Source: Felis catus
Taxonomy: Eukaryota
Assembly (NCBI RefSeq): GCF_018350175.1
Contig: NC_058368.1
Span: 17,672,001 to 17,736,000, forward strand
DNA: 64,000 nt
Reading direction: 5' to 3'
Shown here piece after piece: positions 50,980-63,953 of this stretch. Position numbers and translations under genes: made by a program. The notes under the pieces were generated by a model. It was given only the letters and a program-made list of their open reading frames with translations, made no database searches and had not been told where the DNA came from. Numbering within the stretch: the stretch's first letter is position 1; every line of letters starts with the position of its first letter.

Positions 50980-51127
50980 AGTTAAGGAGGTATAATTGAT
51001 ACATAAAACTGCACATATTTAATGTATACAACTTGATGAGTTTGGACATATGCACACACTTAGAGTATCATCACCACCACGAAGGCAAAAGGCATATGCA
51101 TAACCTCCCAAAGTTTCCTTGTATTCC

Positions 51128-51168
<41 letters not shown>

Positions 51169-51340
51169 CGCGCGCGCTTAGAACACTGAACACCAGATCT
51201 ACCGTTTTAACAAATTTTCAAGTATGGTCACCTATAGGCACTATGTTGTATAGCAGATCTCCAGAGCCCATTTATCAAGCGGAGCTCTAATTTTATGCCC
51301 AATGAACAGCACCTCCCCATTTTCTCCTCCCCTTGACAGT
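50980..51340 (-). mobile_element. L1MA-type 3' end containing (TG)n
   Basis: 'aggtataattgatacataaaactgcacatatttaatgtatacaacttgatgagtttgg', 'ttgtatagcagatctccagagc'. Confidence 0.85.
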
Positions 51341-51388
51341 TGGTTTTTGAAAGGCCCGCTCTATAGCTGTCTCTTCTTCTTCATCTCT

Positions 51389-51607
51389 TTTTTTTTTATT
51401 TAATTTTTAAGGTGTTTTTTTTTTTTATTTTAGAGACAGAGAGAGAGGGCAATTGAGGGAGAGGGGCAGAGGGAGAGCTAGGATCTGAAGCAGGCTCTCC
51501 GCTCAAAGTGGAGCCCCACGCGAGGCTCAGTCCCACAACCCTGAGATCATGACCTGAGCCGAAATCAAGAGCTGGATGCTCAACCGACTGAGCCATCCAG
51601 GTGCCCC
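51389..51607 (-). mobile_element. Older SINEC
   Basis: TSD tcttcatctct at 51378-51388 and 51611-51621. Confidence 0.9.
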
Positions 51608-51932
51608 TTCTCTTCATCTCTAATTCACTCTCCTACCCCTAACAATTTCAGCTCCACCCCACCCCTCCACTAAAATTGCTCTTTTCTGATGGCTTTATTG
51701 TTAACCTTCTAGTTACCCAATCAAATAAATCTAACTTGTCTCTTGCAAGACATTTACCATAAACACTCTTGAGAACTCTCTTTCTTGAAATTCTCTTGTC
51801 TTCATTGGTGTCTATGACAATGTTTTTTGTTTGTTTGTTTTTTGTTTAATTTCTTTCTGTGTCTCTGATTACTCCTTGGACGGGGATCTTATCTTTTAAA
51901 TGATATGTTCCCTAAGGTTTCTCTTGCATTCA

Positions 51933-52536
51933 TTTTTTTTTCAAGTATCACAATGTTTATTGATAGATAACAAGTATACAAAATCAGGGCATGAACATGA
52001 CTTGATAAATTAAGTAGACTTAATTTCAATACTATGATAAAAGGCATCAATTCAAATTCTCACCAGGTGTTTCACACCCACAAAACCACTTCAAGGGCCT
52101 TAACGATCCTCAAAACTGATCAATTTTGTGCAAATAAACCATGTTTCTTTTAAAAAGACTTGTGCACTTGCCCAGCTCAAGGATATTAAAATCCAGCACG
52201 TAAAGCCCATTGCTATAGGTAGAAATACAGGCAATATACTATCGTAGCAACAATAACCCATTATAGTTAAGAAAGTTTTGGTAACAACCAAATGGATAAT
52301 CAAATATTGCAACAACGCAAGTGTTACTGAGCAAAGTGCATTTCCACAGTATTCGGTGTCGCTATTCAGTTTTCTAACTTCAAACAGCCTATGATAACTG
52401 GCAGCAAAGAAGGTCCTTGCTACAGACTGTCTCTGTAGCAAAACTGATGATGTAATTATCGCATGCTGCTAAATGTGTTTAAACGTGAAAGATACTCCGA
52501 AAATATTTCACGGTACACTATGGTTAAGACAACACA
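51933..52536 (-). pseudogene. EIF4G2: 5'-truncated processed retrocopy of the EIF4G2 (DAP5/p97) 3'UTR; no coding sequence
   Basis: Minus strand ends ...AATAAACATTGTGATACTTG plus A9; body (GCAAGGACCTTCTTTGCTGCCAGTTATCATAGGCTG, GCACAAGTCTTTTTAAAAGAAACATGG, TAGTATTGAAATTAAGTCTACTTAATTTATCAAGTCATGTTCATGCCCTG) matches my recollection of the mammalian EIF4G2 3'UTR; not verified by alignment. Confidence 0.8.
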
Positions 52537-52539
52537 TAG

Positions 52540-53280
52540 GGCATTTCCATCAACCCAGGAAGTCCCCTGTGTCATCACTAGTTAATGCCTTCAGGTTAAT
52601 CACTGCTCTGATTTCTATCACCATATATTAGCGTCGCCTGTGTGTCGGGCTTCTTTTGTTCAACATAGCATCTGAGATTCTTCTGCATCATTATGTATAC
52701 CAGAAATTCCTTTTTTAAAAAATTGTGGACTAGTATTCTGCTATTTAAATATACCACGTTTTCTTTATGGATTGGCAGACATCTGAGCTGTTCCCAGTTT
52801 GGGATTATTACATACCAAACTGAGATGAACATTTTTTTACAATCTTTTTAGGGACACAGATGTTTTGGGGGGGGCATAAATACATAGAGGGGAATGAGTT
52901 TGGTTAGCTTAATAAGTAACTGCCTAATGGCCTTCCAACCATACATCTCTGTGCTTGGTAATGTTGGGTGTCGTTAACATTTTGGTCATTCTAGTGTATG
53001 TTAAGTGGTGTTTCACGGTGGCTCTAAGTTGCATTTTCTTCTTCACTAATGATGTTGAGCACCTTTTCAAATGACTATTGGCATTTATATGTCCTCTTTT
53101 GTGATCTATCCCGTTCAATTTTTGACCGGCTTAAAAATATGCGTGGTTCATTTTTTTTTCATTATTCATTTTCCAGACACACAACTTCCAGTCTCCCTTT
53201 CATTTTCTTAATGATGTCTTTTGATGAGCAGACAACTATAATTTATCACCTTTCTTTTCCTATGCCTTTTTAATTTGTCT
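52540..53280 (-). mobile_element. Old L1 (L1M) 3' fragment
   Basis: 'catttccatcaacccaggaagtcccctgtg', 'gacatctgagctgttcccagtttgggattatta', 'actaatgatgttgagcacctttt'. Confidence 0.8.
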
Positions 53281-56219
53281 GTGCAAGATTCTTTGCTTGG
53301 GAGGAACTTCCTCCTTGTCGTGAGCATCATTTGACATCACAGGATATGATAATCACTGATTTTCCTCTTCCTTTCCCCCCACAAGCTTGGGGCCAACTCG
53401 AGAGTGGGAGACACGTTGCATGGAGTGCTTTACATCCAGCAGGAAACCTAGCGAGTAGCAGGTGCGCAGAAACTATTTATTACCCCAAATGCACAAATGA
53501 AAGTGTTGAAAATTGGAAGAGTTGGTTCAATTTCATCCCGTAACTTTTTTTGCATGTCGTTTTCTGAAAACAAGGGAAACTCCCCACTTACCTCACAAGC
53601 CTGTACAAGCAAGGGAAGCTTCATGAGGTTGTGAAAATGGAGGGTTTTGCCCCTTAAGTGTACATCAGTGAGCAGCCTGTGAATATACACCTGTTGCAGG
53701 TTTTATTATTGTTGCTGTTATGATTATTTCATGAATCCTGATTATTTTTGAAAAGAAGTATATGTGATCTTTTGGTAATTCTTAATAAATTTGATGCTCC
53801 TCATGAAACGCTGGGACATCTTGAACCAGAAACACTTATGACTAGTTAGAACTTGAGATGTAAGGGTTTGCCTTTTGACTTCATCCTGTTGGACTGTCAG
53901 CTTTTGACTTTAGTGAGGTCCACTGATGTCTGAAATCACACGGATCACGTAAAAATGACAGTGTCATCATTAAATCTGTCCACGAAATAACCTTAATGAA
54001 TTCCATAGAGAACTCCCACTTGACAACAGGAGCTAAGAGGTCATAATTCTATTCTGACAGGAAGGTGTGGTTAAGAACATTTGAAAAACACCAGCAATAA
54101 TGGAAATGATGGGCTCACTAAGGAAGCAAAGTGCAATCTCCTCTCCTCAGGAAACCGCAAAGTGGAGAAGCCCCCGCTCAGTGGACAATGAGACACAATC
54201 AGAGGATATTCAGCCCATTATGAATTAAGCATTTGAGAGCAGAATGGCTTTTTCCATAGCAACAAAGCCTCAGAAAGTCCAGAATTTTATTGGCCTGATT
54301 CTTGCATTGTTCTTCCAAGGCAGCTGGAATCCGCTGGATGATTAAAAGTAACCAGAAGCAAGTGAGACATTCAGACATGCAAGTGAAATTGACAAATATG
54401 TATAGAAAGAACAGAAAATACAGTTATAGACAATGGGAATGCTCAGTTCCCCAATTCAAAAAATATACAATTGAGACACTAATTGAAACTGAAGTTTTAA
54501 GGGTTTGAGGCAATAATTCGGTGTTGCCTAAGAAAATAATATATCCATGATCTAGGATGCAATCTTTACTCCTGACAGTGTTGGTTCTGTTGTGGGGTGA
54601 CGAAAAGGTCCATATCCTTCTCTTCAGTCAAGGCTTTATGCTGAGAGCAGACATGTGACCTAATCGTCTCAAATGGCCAAGAACGCTAAAAGGGAGTGGT
54701 GTAAAATTGTCTCCGGCACAGAGGTACCAAAGAAACACAGCACCGTGTTGAAGGTGGAGTAGCAGCAAGTCACAGGCTGCTTGTCATGACGCTGACGTCA
54801 TCCTGGAGCCTGGTGGCCCAGACCTCCCAACCACGGCTTGGCTCTCGTTGCTCTAAACCATGGCCAAATACTGTCCATGTTCTCAAAGTCAATCCAAAAT
54901 AGACTTGAAAGTCTTCTCTCGTGAGAATTTGGTCGTGATTTAAAGTGTAGTTAGGATTCTAGCTGCAAAAATTTAAGTGGAAAGCAGGAACCCTTAGTCA
55001 CCTTTAATATGCTGTGTGCCTAGAACAATGCCCAGTTGGGTGATTAGTGAGAGAACGAACGGGAGGCCTTAGAAGGAAAAGGAAAATTTATGGGACTGTT
55101 GGAGTTGAAAGGCTATATTTAGAAAATTACAGAAGCAAACTCAGTTAACTGCATGAACACTCCATGACTCATTTAACTATTGATCAAAGAGAATTTATTC
55201 ACAGAGTTTTCCAAATACCAACAAAATAGCACTTAAAAATTTTTTTATACAAAATGAATATTGAAATAAACGTGGTACAGCACAGTACGATAATGGACAA
55301 AAGAAAACAAGATCTAATGACTGGAAAATGTTTCTCATTATGCTCATACCTTCAACTGAATTCTCTCCTACAGTGGATAGGAAGTTGCCCCTTTACTTCA
55401 TAAGAATATCATCGCAGAAGCTACTCAGACAAAGAAATCTTGCATATTTTTGAATAATATTGAAATACAAAGGCTTAACTCTAAAGGTCTGTATAAACAC
55501 TGAAAACAGGTTGAGGGCACAAAGAGGTTATGCAGGATATATAAAATACTGATAGAGTGGCTTATTGGTCCATTTATTAGGTTTCGTGTATGCTTTATAA
55601 AGTGATAATACTGTATTTTAAGGGTGTATTAAAAAGAAAACAGAGGAGTAATGCACGACTCAACCTCCCATACAGTCTGTGCAACAATGTGTAGGTTTGG
55701 GCGTGGGTGTGTGTGTGGATGTGCATGTCTGTGTGTGCTTTCAGAAGCGCCATGATCTACAGGGAACGTCTGTGGGTTACCCTGCTTCCCAACATAATAC
55801 TGTTTCTACTAGCCCTTTTGATTCTCTGAGTCCTCATCTTACCAAAAAAAAAAAAAAAAAACCCCAAAACAAAACAAAAAACAAACCACCCAAACTCTTG
55901 CTTGCATATATAGGTTTGTTCTGTGTGTGTATGTGATCTACGTTAATGATACTCTGTGGAATAGAAACACTCAACACCCTGCAATATTTTTAGCCTTTGG
56001 TCCATTTTTCTGTGTGATTCCAGGTTCTCCGTTTCTTTTGCAAAGCTTGCACCACCCTTTGACGTCACGTAATGTTTATCATTCCACTGGGTTTCATTTC
56101 ATAAGCACTGTATGGATGAGAACCACTATTCCACCTTTCGAAGGTAGCTGGACATTTCAGTCTCTCCGGGCCCCTTCGGCCTGTCTTCTCCTCTCTTTGC
56201 GCTTGGTGGCTCCGTCTCA

Positions 56220-56372
<153 letters not shown>

Positions 56373-57371
56373 TCAGGACGGTTTTACAGGAGGCTGTGTT
56401 ATTTCCCCCAGCCCCTTTGTCCCTGGTGCACTGAAGTAAAACGGAAACACCCATTAGAAACGTGGTCCGCTCGCTCAAATGGAATAACAAGGGCTGAAAG
56501 GTCTCTCAAGACTCAAGAAAGCCAGAACGGTTGTGTGCGTTTCAGAAAGGCCCCAGGCCCGTGCCTCCTGCTAGCGAAGAAGGCAGAAGCCTGTTCTCTT
56601 CCGCCAATACCCACACTTCGGGCTGAAGGAAAGGAAGAATGACAGCAATCGGGATGGGAGAAAGTATCAGTTCTAACTGAAATCATCCAAACCCATACGT
56701 ACAATGAGAAAAGTCAAAATGTGAATACAGTCCGTCTGCAGAGAGGCCGCTCTGAGGAAGGGATCCATTTGAAGGGTGGGTGACGCTGAAGTGAATACTG
56801 CTGTTTATATAGGACGGACTTGCACTCTACCTTTTGAATTGAAGAACAAAAACTCCCGGATTCTTCTGGGGTCGATACTCATTTTGAAATCAAGATGCCA
56901 TATAAATGAGAACACGACGGAAAGACTTCAAATGGGCCCTGATCTCTCAGCGTTGGATTGGTACTAACAGTACTAACAGCACACTCACAATACTAAAAGC
57001 AGAATTAGGAAAAGAAAGCGGGAGTGGCTGTCTGCATTTCAGAGAGCAGCCTTCAAAGCAAGAAAAGTTATCACGTAGAGAGAAGGCATTACATAATGAT
57101 AAAGGAGCGAATTTTCCAAGAAGACATAATAATCTGTAATACGCGTGTGCCTAGCAACAGAGCGTCAAATTACATGACACAAAAACGGACAGGTTTCATG
57201 GAGAAATAGGTAAGCCCATTATCGTAGTTGGAGACTTCAGCACCCCTGTATTGGAAATTGACAGATCCAGCAGGCAGAAAGAATCTGAAAGGACATAGTT
57301 GATATCAATCAACTGAATATAATTGACATCTACAGACCACTCTAACCAACAACAGCAGAATACACGTTCCT

Positions 57372-57594
57372 TTTTAAAAAATTTTTTTAAGGTTTCTTTT
57401 TATTTTTGAGAGACAAGAGAGAGACAGCATGAGTGGGAGAGGGGCAGAGAGGGAGAGAGACCCAGAATCTGAAGCAGGCTCCAGGATCTGAGCCGTCAGC
57501 CCAGAGCCCGACGCAGGGCTCGAACTCACGAGCCTTGAGATCATGACCTGAGCCGAAGTCGGACGCTCAACCGACTGAGCCACCCAGGTGCCCC
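57372..57594 (-). mobile_element. SINEC nested in the old L1
   Basis: TSD aatacac[g/a]ttc at 57359-57369 and 57596-57606. Confidence 0.92.
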
Positions 57595-57684
57595 AAATAC
57601 ACATTCTTATCAAGGTCCTATGGAAAATTCACCAAGATTCTGTGCCATACTATATACCTTTAAACATTTAAAAGAATAGAAATT

Positions 57685-57897
57685 GGAGCACCTGGGTAGC
57701 TTAGTTGGTTAAGTGTCTGACTTTGGCTCTAGTCATGATCTCACAGTTTGTGAGTTCAAACCTTGCACTGGGCTCTGCATTGCTGGTGTGGAGCCTGCTT
57801 GGGATTCTCACTCTCTCCTCTCTCTGCTCCTCCCCCACTCGTGCTTTCTCTCTCTCTCTCTCTCTCAAAATAAATAAATAAACTGAAAAAAAGAAAA
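57685..57897 (+). mobile_element. Older SINEC nested in the old L1
   Basis: SINEC head, (CT)n, A tail. Confidence 0.88.
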
Positions 57898-59914
57898 GAT
57901 ACACATACATTGTCTACTCTTAGACCACAATGGAATTAAACTAGAAATCAATGACAGATCACTGTGGAGATTAAACATCACACTTCCAAATAACACAGGG
58001 CCAGAGAAAAAAATCTCAAAAGAAATTTAAAAATAGTTCGAGATAAATGAAAATGAAAACACAACTTATGAAAATTTATAGAATGCAATGAAAACAGTGC
58101 TTAGAGGGAAATGTAGAGTATCAAAAGCATATATTAGAGAAGAAGAATGATCTAAAATCAATAATAGAAGTTTCCGCCTTAGGAAACTAGAAAAAGAAGA
58201 GCAAATTAAACTCAAAGTAAGCAGAAGAAAATAAATAAAAGTTAGAGCAGAATTCATTAACATTCTATGAGACCATTATTGCCCTAACACCAAAATTGTG
58301 CAAAAATTACAAGAAACTACAAATCATTATTTCGCACGGACAGAGATACAAAATTTCTCAACAAAATATTAGCAAATCTAATTCAGCAATGTATGAAAAG
58401 AATCATACAACAACCAAGTGTGATTTATCCCAAATATAAAAGGCTGGTTCAGCATTCAAAAGTCAATTAATATCCTGTATCACATCAAAAAACTAAAAGA
58501 AAAAAATCACATGAACATATCAGTAGGTGCAAAAAAAAAAAAATTAACAAAAATACAACATCCAGTCATGATTAAAAAAAATTCTCAATACACTAGGAAT
58601 ACAGGGAAACTTTCTCAACTTGTCAAAGAACATCTAAAACATTTATTGCTAATATCATACTTAATGGCGAGAAACATATAGCTTTCTATTTTTAGATTGA
58701 TTTTCATTAGGCTTGTAAGAAATTCAGAATTTCAAGTGATTGCCATTTCAGTGATCTTGATGAAACTGCTTAGATATGATTATCGTTAAACGTCAGTAAC
58801 AAAGTCCAATAATTTATGAATACCTTCAGGGTAAAAGAGATGTCAGAGGAAGGCTGCTCCAACGTACTGTGTTGTGCCTTTCCCACAAGGCAAGGATGTC
58901 CCTTCTCACCACTCCTTTTCAACATTTCACTAAAGGATCTAGCTATTGCAATAAGTCAGGAAAAGGAAATAAACGGTATACAGATTGGGAAGGAAGAAAA
59001 AAAAACTGTCTTTGTAGACGGCACGATTGTCTCTATAGCAAGTGTGAAAGAATCCACAAAAAATCAACCAACCAACCAACCAACCAACCAACCAACCAAC
59101 CAAACAATCAAACAAACAAAAAACCACTCCTGGAACTAATAAGGGATTATATCAACGCTGCAGGATACAAGGGTTATATGTAAAAGTCAATCACTTCCCA
59201 TATACCAGCAATGAATAAGTAAAATTTGGAATTTAAAAGATAACACCATTTACATTAGCATGCCCAAAGTAAAATAATTAGGTATAAATATAATAAAGTA
59301 TGTACACAATCTATATGAGGAAATCTACAAAATTGATTTGATGAAAAAAACCAAAGAACTAAGTAAATGGAGAAATATTCCATGTCCATGAACAGGAAGA
59401 CTTGACAGTAACAAGATGTCAGTTCTGCCAATTTGGTCTGTAGATTCAATGCAATCCTATTAAAAAATCTCAGAAAGTTATTTTGGGGATATTGACAAAC
59501 TTATTCTAAAGTTTATATGGAAAGGCAAAAGACTCAGAATAGCCAATATTGAACAAATTTCAAACACGTTCGACACAGTTAGAGGACTGGCACTACTCAA
59601 CTTTAAGACTCACCATAAATCTCCAGTAATCAAAACAGTGTGGTATTGGTGAAATAACAGACAAATAGAGCAATGGAACAGAGTTGACAGGTCAGAAATA
59701 GACTCACATACATATAATTAACTGATATTTAACAAAGAAGCAGAGGCAATAAAATGAAGCAAAGAGAGTCTTTTCGATAAATGGTGCTGGAATATCTGGA
59801 CATTCACATGCAAAAAAAAAAAAAAAAAAAAGACATGGACTCTACAGCCTTCACAAAAATTAACTAAAACTAGATAACAGACCTAAATGTAACACATAGA
59901 ACTACAAAACGCCT

Positions 59915-60108
59915 GGAGCACCTGGGTGGCTCAGTTGGTTAATAAGCACCTGACTCTTGATTTTGACTCTCAGGTCACGATCTCACCGTTTCTGAGACCA
60001 AGCCCTGCATCAGGCTCTGCGCTGACATCACAGAGCCTGCTTGGGACTCTCTCCCTCTCTCCCTTCTGCCCCTCTCTCCCCCTCAAATAAGTAAATAAGC
60101 TTTAAAAA
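59915..60108 (+). mobile_element. Older SINEC at an L1 deletion junction
   Basis: SINEC head, body and tail; no TSD seen. Confidence 0.88.
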
Positions 60109-60981
60109 GCATCAAACAGCAAGATATCACCTCATACTTACAAGACTAGCCAAAATCTGGAACACTGACACCACCAAAGGCTAGTGAGGATGTGGAACAA
60201 GAACTCTCACACATCGGTGTGGGAACACAAAATGGTACAGCCACTTTAGAACACTTAAGAAGACAGTTTGGTGACTTCTTATTAAATGATAAAACTAAAC
60301 ATACTCTCACCGTACAATTCAGCAATCACACTACTTACTATTTACCCAAAGGAACCAAAAATTTACGTCCACTCAAAAATCTGCACATGGATGTTTTTAG
60401 CAGCTTTATCCATACATGCCAAAACTTTAAAGCAACCAATATGCCCTTCAGAACCAGGACTCAAACTTGGCTTTCATGTTCTAAGAATAAGAAGCCATTC
60501 ACCCCAAATATCCTATTTGAATTAATAAAACAGGTTTCTGCATTCATTAATCCTCTCTTCCCCCATATTTTGTTTTACAGCATTCAAGTTATTCTTTTTG
60601 TCTGGACAGTATGGAAGGCTTCTATATCTTTCATTGAACAATTGTCTTTTTCTGCTCTAATTTTAATCTTTCTTTTAGCCAGTTTTATGATCTTATCTTC
60701 TCCCTTTTCTTTTGTTATCATTTATATATAATTACATTAGATACAAACACATACACTGAGATACTTAAATTTCAGTCATTGAACACATAAACCATAGATT
60801 GAAAATCATATCCTTTTTTTTACAAGTGAGCCATTTTTATCTTGTTCATTAATAACTTTTCTATTGAAAAATTCAAAGACTGTTAAGTGTAGCATGCAAT
60901 CTGACTTCATATCTTCATTGAAGTTTACTAGAGGGATAGTTAGCATGTACCCCATTTACGGATAAGAAGCTGAGGTCAGGT

Positions 60982-61198
60982 GGGGCGCCTGAGTAGCTCA
61001 GTCGGTTAAGCGTATGGCTTCAACTCGTCATGATCTCACGGTTCGTGAGTTCGAGCCCTGCATCGGGCTCCATGCTGACAGTTCAGAGCCTGGAGCCTGC
61101 TTAGGATTCTGTGTCTCCCTCTGTCTCTGCCCCTCCAATGCTCACACTCTGTCTCACTCTCTCAAAAATAAATACACATTAAGAAAAAACTTTAAAAA
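60982..61198 (+). mobile_element. SINEC inserted in a MIR
   Basis: Exact 17-bp TSD ataagaagctgaggtca at 60962-60978 and 61199-61215; flanks are antisense MIR core. Confidence 0.93.
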
Positions 61199-61639
61199 AT
61201 AAGAAGCTGAGGTCAATCAAAGCTAAGTGAGTCATTGGCTTGTGGTCACCACAAGGCAATAGTAGCAAGATTAAATTGAGGGCCTCCACATCTCAAGCAT
61301 ATACCACCTACATACACAGACGATAGGCTATGTTCAGTCGTCAATCTATGTGTCATCCTTGATCTCTCTCCCTTTATATGTCTAATAAAAGTAACAAGTT
61401 AAAAATAGTGAACATGTATTACATGCATGATTACTACTTGCTCCAAATTATTAGAAGAGCTTTACATGGAGTACATATTAATGCATTTAATCCTCATAAG
61501 AACATGATGTGATAGGTGCATTCAGATGGGAAAAGTGAAGTCAAGAAAAATGCACTAACCTTCCCGAAGACTCGCCCTTAATGAGTGGCAAGGCCTTTGC
61601 CTCTCTCCACACTTTATCCTCTGTATTACCACTCAAATG

Positions 61640-62156
61640 CCTGCAGCATCCCCACACAGTCCTACCTGCCATCATTGCTTTCCTGTCTCCCTGCTTCTGC
61701 TTATGGTATCACCAACAGCAAAGCAGGCAACTATCTTTTTAAAAATGAATCGTGTTAAGACACTGACTTACTTGAAATTTTCTAAAGGACTGTCAAGCAT
61801 CTAGTCTCCTTCCAATGGCCTGTGAGACCTTGCATGAGCTGGTATCTGCCTGCTTCTCAAAACTCATGACCAACTTCCCTCTGTCTTCCTTCTGGACACA
61901 CTGGCTGCCTTCTCTGGACCTCATCAGGCTTGTTGCTGGCTTGGTGCTTCACGTTCATGATTCCTTCTACCCAGAAAGTTCTACTTCAGATGATTAGAGA
62001 GCTGGCTCCTTCTGAAATGGCATCTCTATAAAGATATGTCCCACCCCCCACCTGCTTCATCAAAGTCTCTGTTCCTTTACCTCACTTTATTTCCTCTGTA
62101 GCACTTACTATGGTTTGTAAATACCGTGCATGTGTGTGCATGTGCGTGTGTATGCG

Positions 62157-62226
<70 letters not shown>

Positions 62227-62360
62227 TAACTTCAGTCTCTTCCACTAGAATAAGAGTTTCAGTTATGGGAGACTTCTGTATATTTTCTTCTCTACTCTAT
62301 CCCCAAAACAGTGCCTGGCTCGTAATAGTCACTCACTAAGTAAATGTTGAATGAAAGGCA
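61640..62360 (+). mobile_element. L2 3' fragment containing a (TG)n(GA)n microsatellite
   Basis: 'ggcctgtgagaccttgcatgagctgg', 'tctcttccactagaataag', 'cagtgcctggctcgtaatag..taaatgttgaatgaa'; microsatellite at ~62127-62223. Confidence 0.8.
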
Positions 62361-63207
62361 AGGTAAAAGAGAAACAAAGAAAGGAAGCAAAGTAGGCAAA
62401 CAGCTTAGTCCCCGAAAAACAGAGTAAATCTGGGATTTTATTACAAGAATAACTCTAGTCCTGCTTTGGCACGGAACTTTTGGAGAGACGTCCCCAAACC
62501 AACTTTATAGCGTTTATAGCCTCATACAGAGTGTGTTAAACTTAACAGGATAATAGATCCTGAAAGATCACATCTCTACCTCGGGGTAGGTCTCACTGGC
62601 ACAATGAGCTCCGTTAATAATGATATGTAGGATAAGTATTTTTCAAGGGTAGCAGAGTCCCCTTCATGGGCCAAATTTTCTGATAACCATCCATGAATGT
62701 GGCTGGGGAATAATCTCCATTTGTAAATCTTGGGAATAATTTCCATTTTGAATTATTCTTCAGCTGGATTAAATAAATCTAGGAGGGAGAATTAATGGGT
62801 AGCTAAGAGATGGCAAGTGCTTTAGAACCTTTCAAGAAGTCAGCAAAATTTGTGGGCAATCCATTCAGTCTCGGGCTCATAACATGGAACATAATCCATT
62901 GTTCATTAATAAATAGGTATTGACCTACACACAGTTCCATGACCTAACATGATGAGCAGAGTACATGATTCTTTATTAATTATTGGACAATCATTCCAGA
63001 GAAAGTAACCGGTGAGGGCAATTCTTTGAAAATAGTCCATGTGACAGTAGTCATGTGTATTAAATAAAGATGAAAAAGAAGCCTAAAGGATTGACTACTG
63101 AGGACCCAGGAGACAGAGAGTATATTTTTTTTTCTCCAGGGAAGTTAATAGAATAGCAGGGGTTTGAACTTTAGGGGCTCTTCACTGGCAAGGCTGATAG
63201 CAGATGA

Positions 63208-63630
63208 TGTAGATATTCCGCCCAATGCCTTTATACCCCTTCGCTGGTCCTGGGGTCTCATCCTTAGCTTCTGATTGTGCACTACTTCTAACAGTTTACC
63301 CTTCGACCCTCTTCAGAGGACCCATGAGCCTGATGCCACAGCGCCCCAACTCTCAGAGAGCTTAAGTGCCCCCTGGTGTGGCAAGTGGCCAATGTCTGAC
63401 TGGCGCAGGAGTATGGAAGCCAGCTTTCTTGCCTCCAGGTGGGACAAATTCTACAGTGGAACGAATGTTCTAGAGTCCCAGTGAGTTGAGGCTGAGGCTG
63501 GGACCTCACCTGAAATCGCACTTTTGCCTGGTGTTTACCCCTTCACTCTGTTACTTCCCATTCTCTTACTGGTTTCTTCGAATAAGAATCCTCATCTCAG
63601 CATCTGCTCTGGGAAACCTGATTTGAGACA
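63208..63630 (+). mobile_element. ERVL LTR (LTR16-like)
   Basis: 'cttgcctccaggtgggacaaattct', ending 'aatcctcatctcagcatctgctctgggaaacctgatttgagaca'. Confidence 0.75.
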
Positions 63631-63953
63631 AGAGCAAGTGAACAAAATCTTTCTTGCTTTTTTGGTTTCATGGTAAAGGTTTGTGAGGTTTCCGCTGTCA
63701 GAGGCTTAACCACCCTACCCACCTAACAACACACCGGAGCCTTGCCATCACCTGAAAGACCCACAGCCAGGATAAAGTCTTTGGCGTCACCCATCACCCC
63801 ACACTACTGTCTTCCGGGGGGCAAATCCAACTCCATGTCTTGCACGTGCATATGTATCATTTCCAGTAATTGTTATGGTTCTGGATCTCTTCTTGTTTGT
63901 GTCATAAAACATGTAGTCAGCTCATCAAACCAGCTAACAGATGAAAATACAAA

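Larger units (their letters stand above)
56990..60450 (+). mobile_element. Older 5'-truncated L1 (L1MA/MB-type) with deletions and nested insertions
   Basis: Decayed ORF2 from EN ('gttggagacttcagcacccc', 'gaccacaatggaattaaactag') through RT ([13 protein letters not shown]) to the 3' region; ~470-bp deletion near 58260 relative to the young L1. Confidence 0.9.

Noticed and set aside
52100..52441. 113-aa ORF inside the EIF4G2 retrocopy
   Set aside because: Lies in 3'UTR-derived sequence with a non-ATG start; not EIF4G2 protein
60192..60731. 179-aa plus-strand ORF with a hydrophobic C-terminus
   Set aside because: Chimera of decayed L1 3' sequence and an antisense A-rich fragment that looks like old L1 ('KIRAE', 'ERINE' remnants)
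63500..63525. Minus-strand CAG|GTGAGG as another recursive site
   Set aside because: No pyrimidine tract, and it lies inside an LTR
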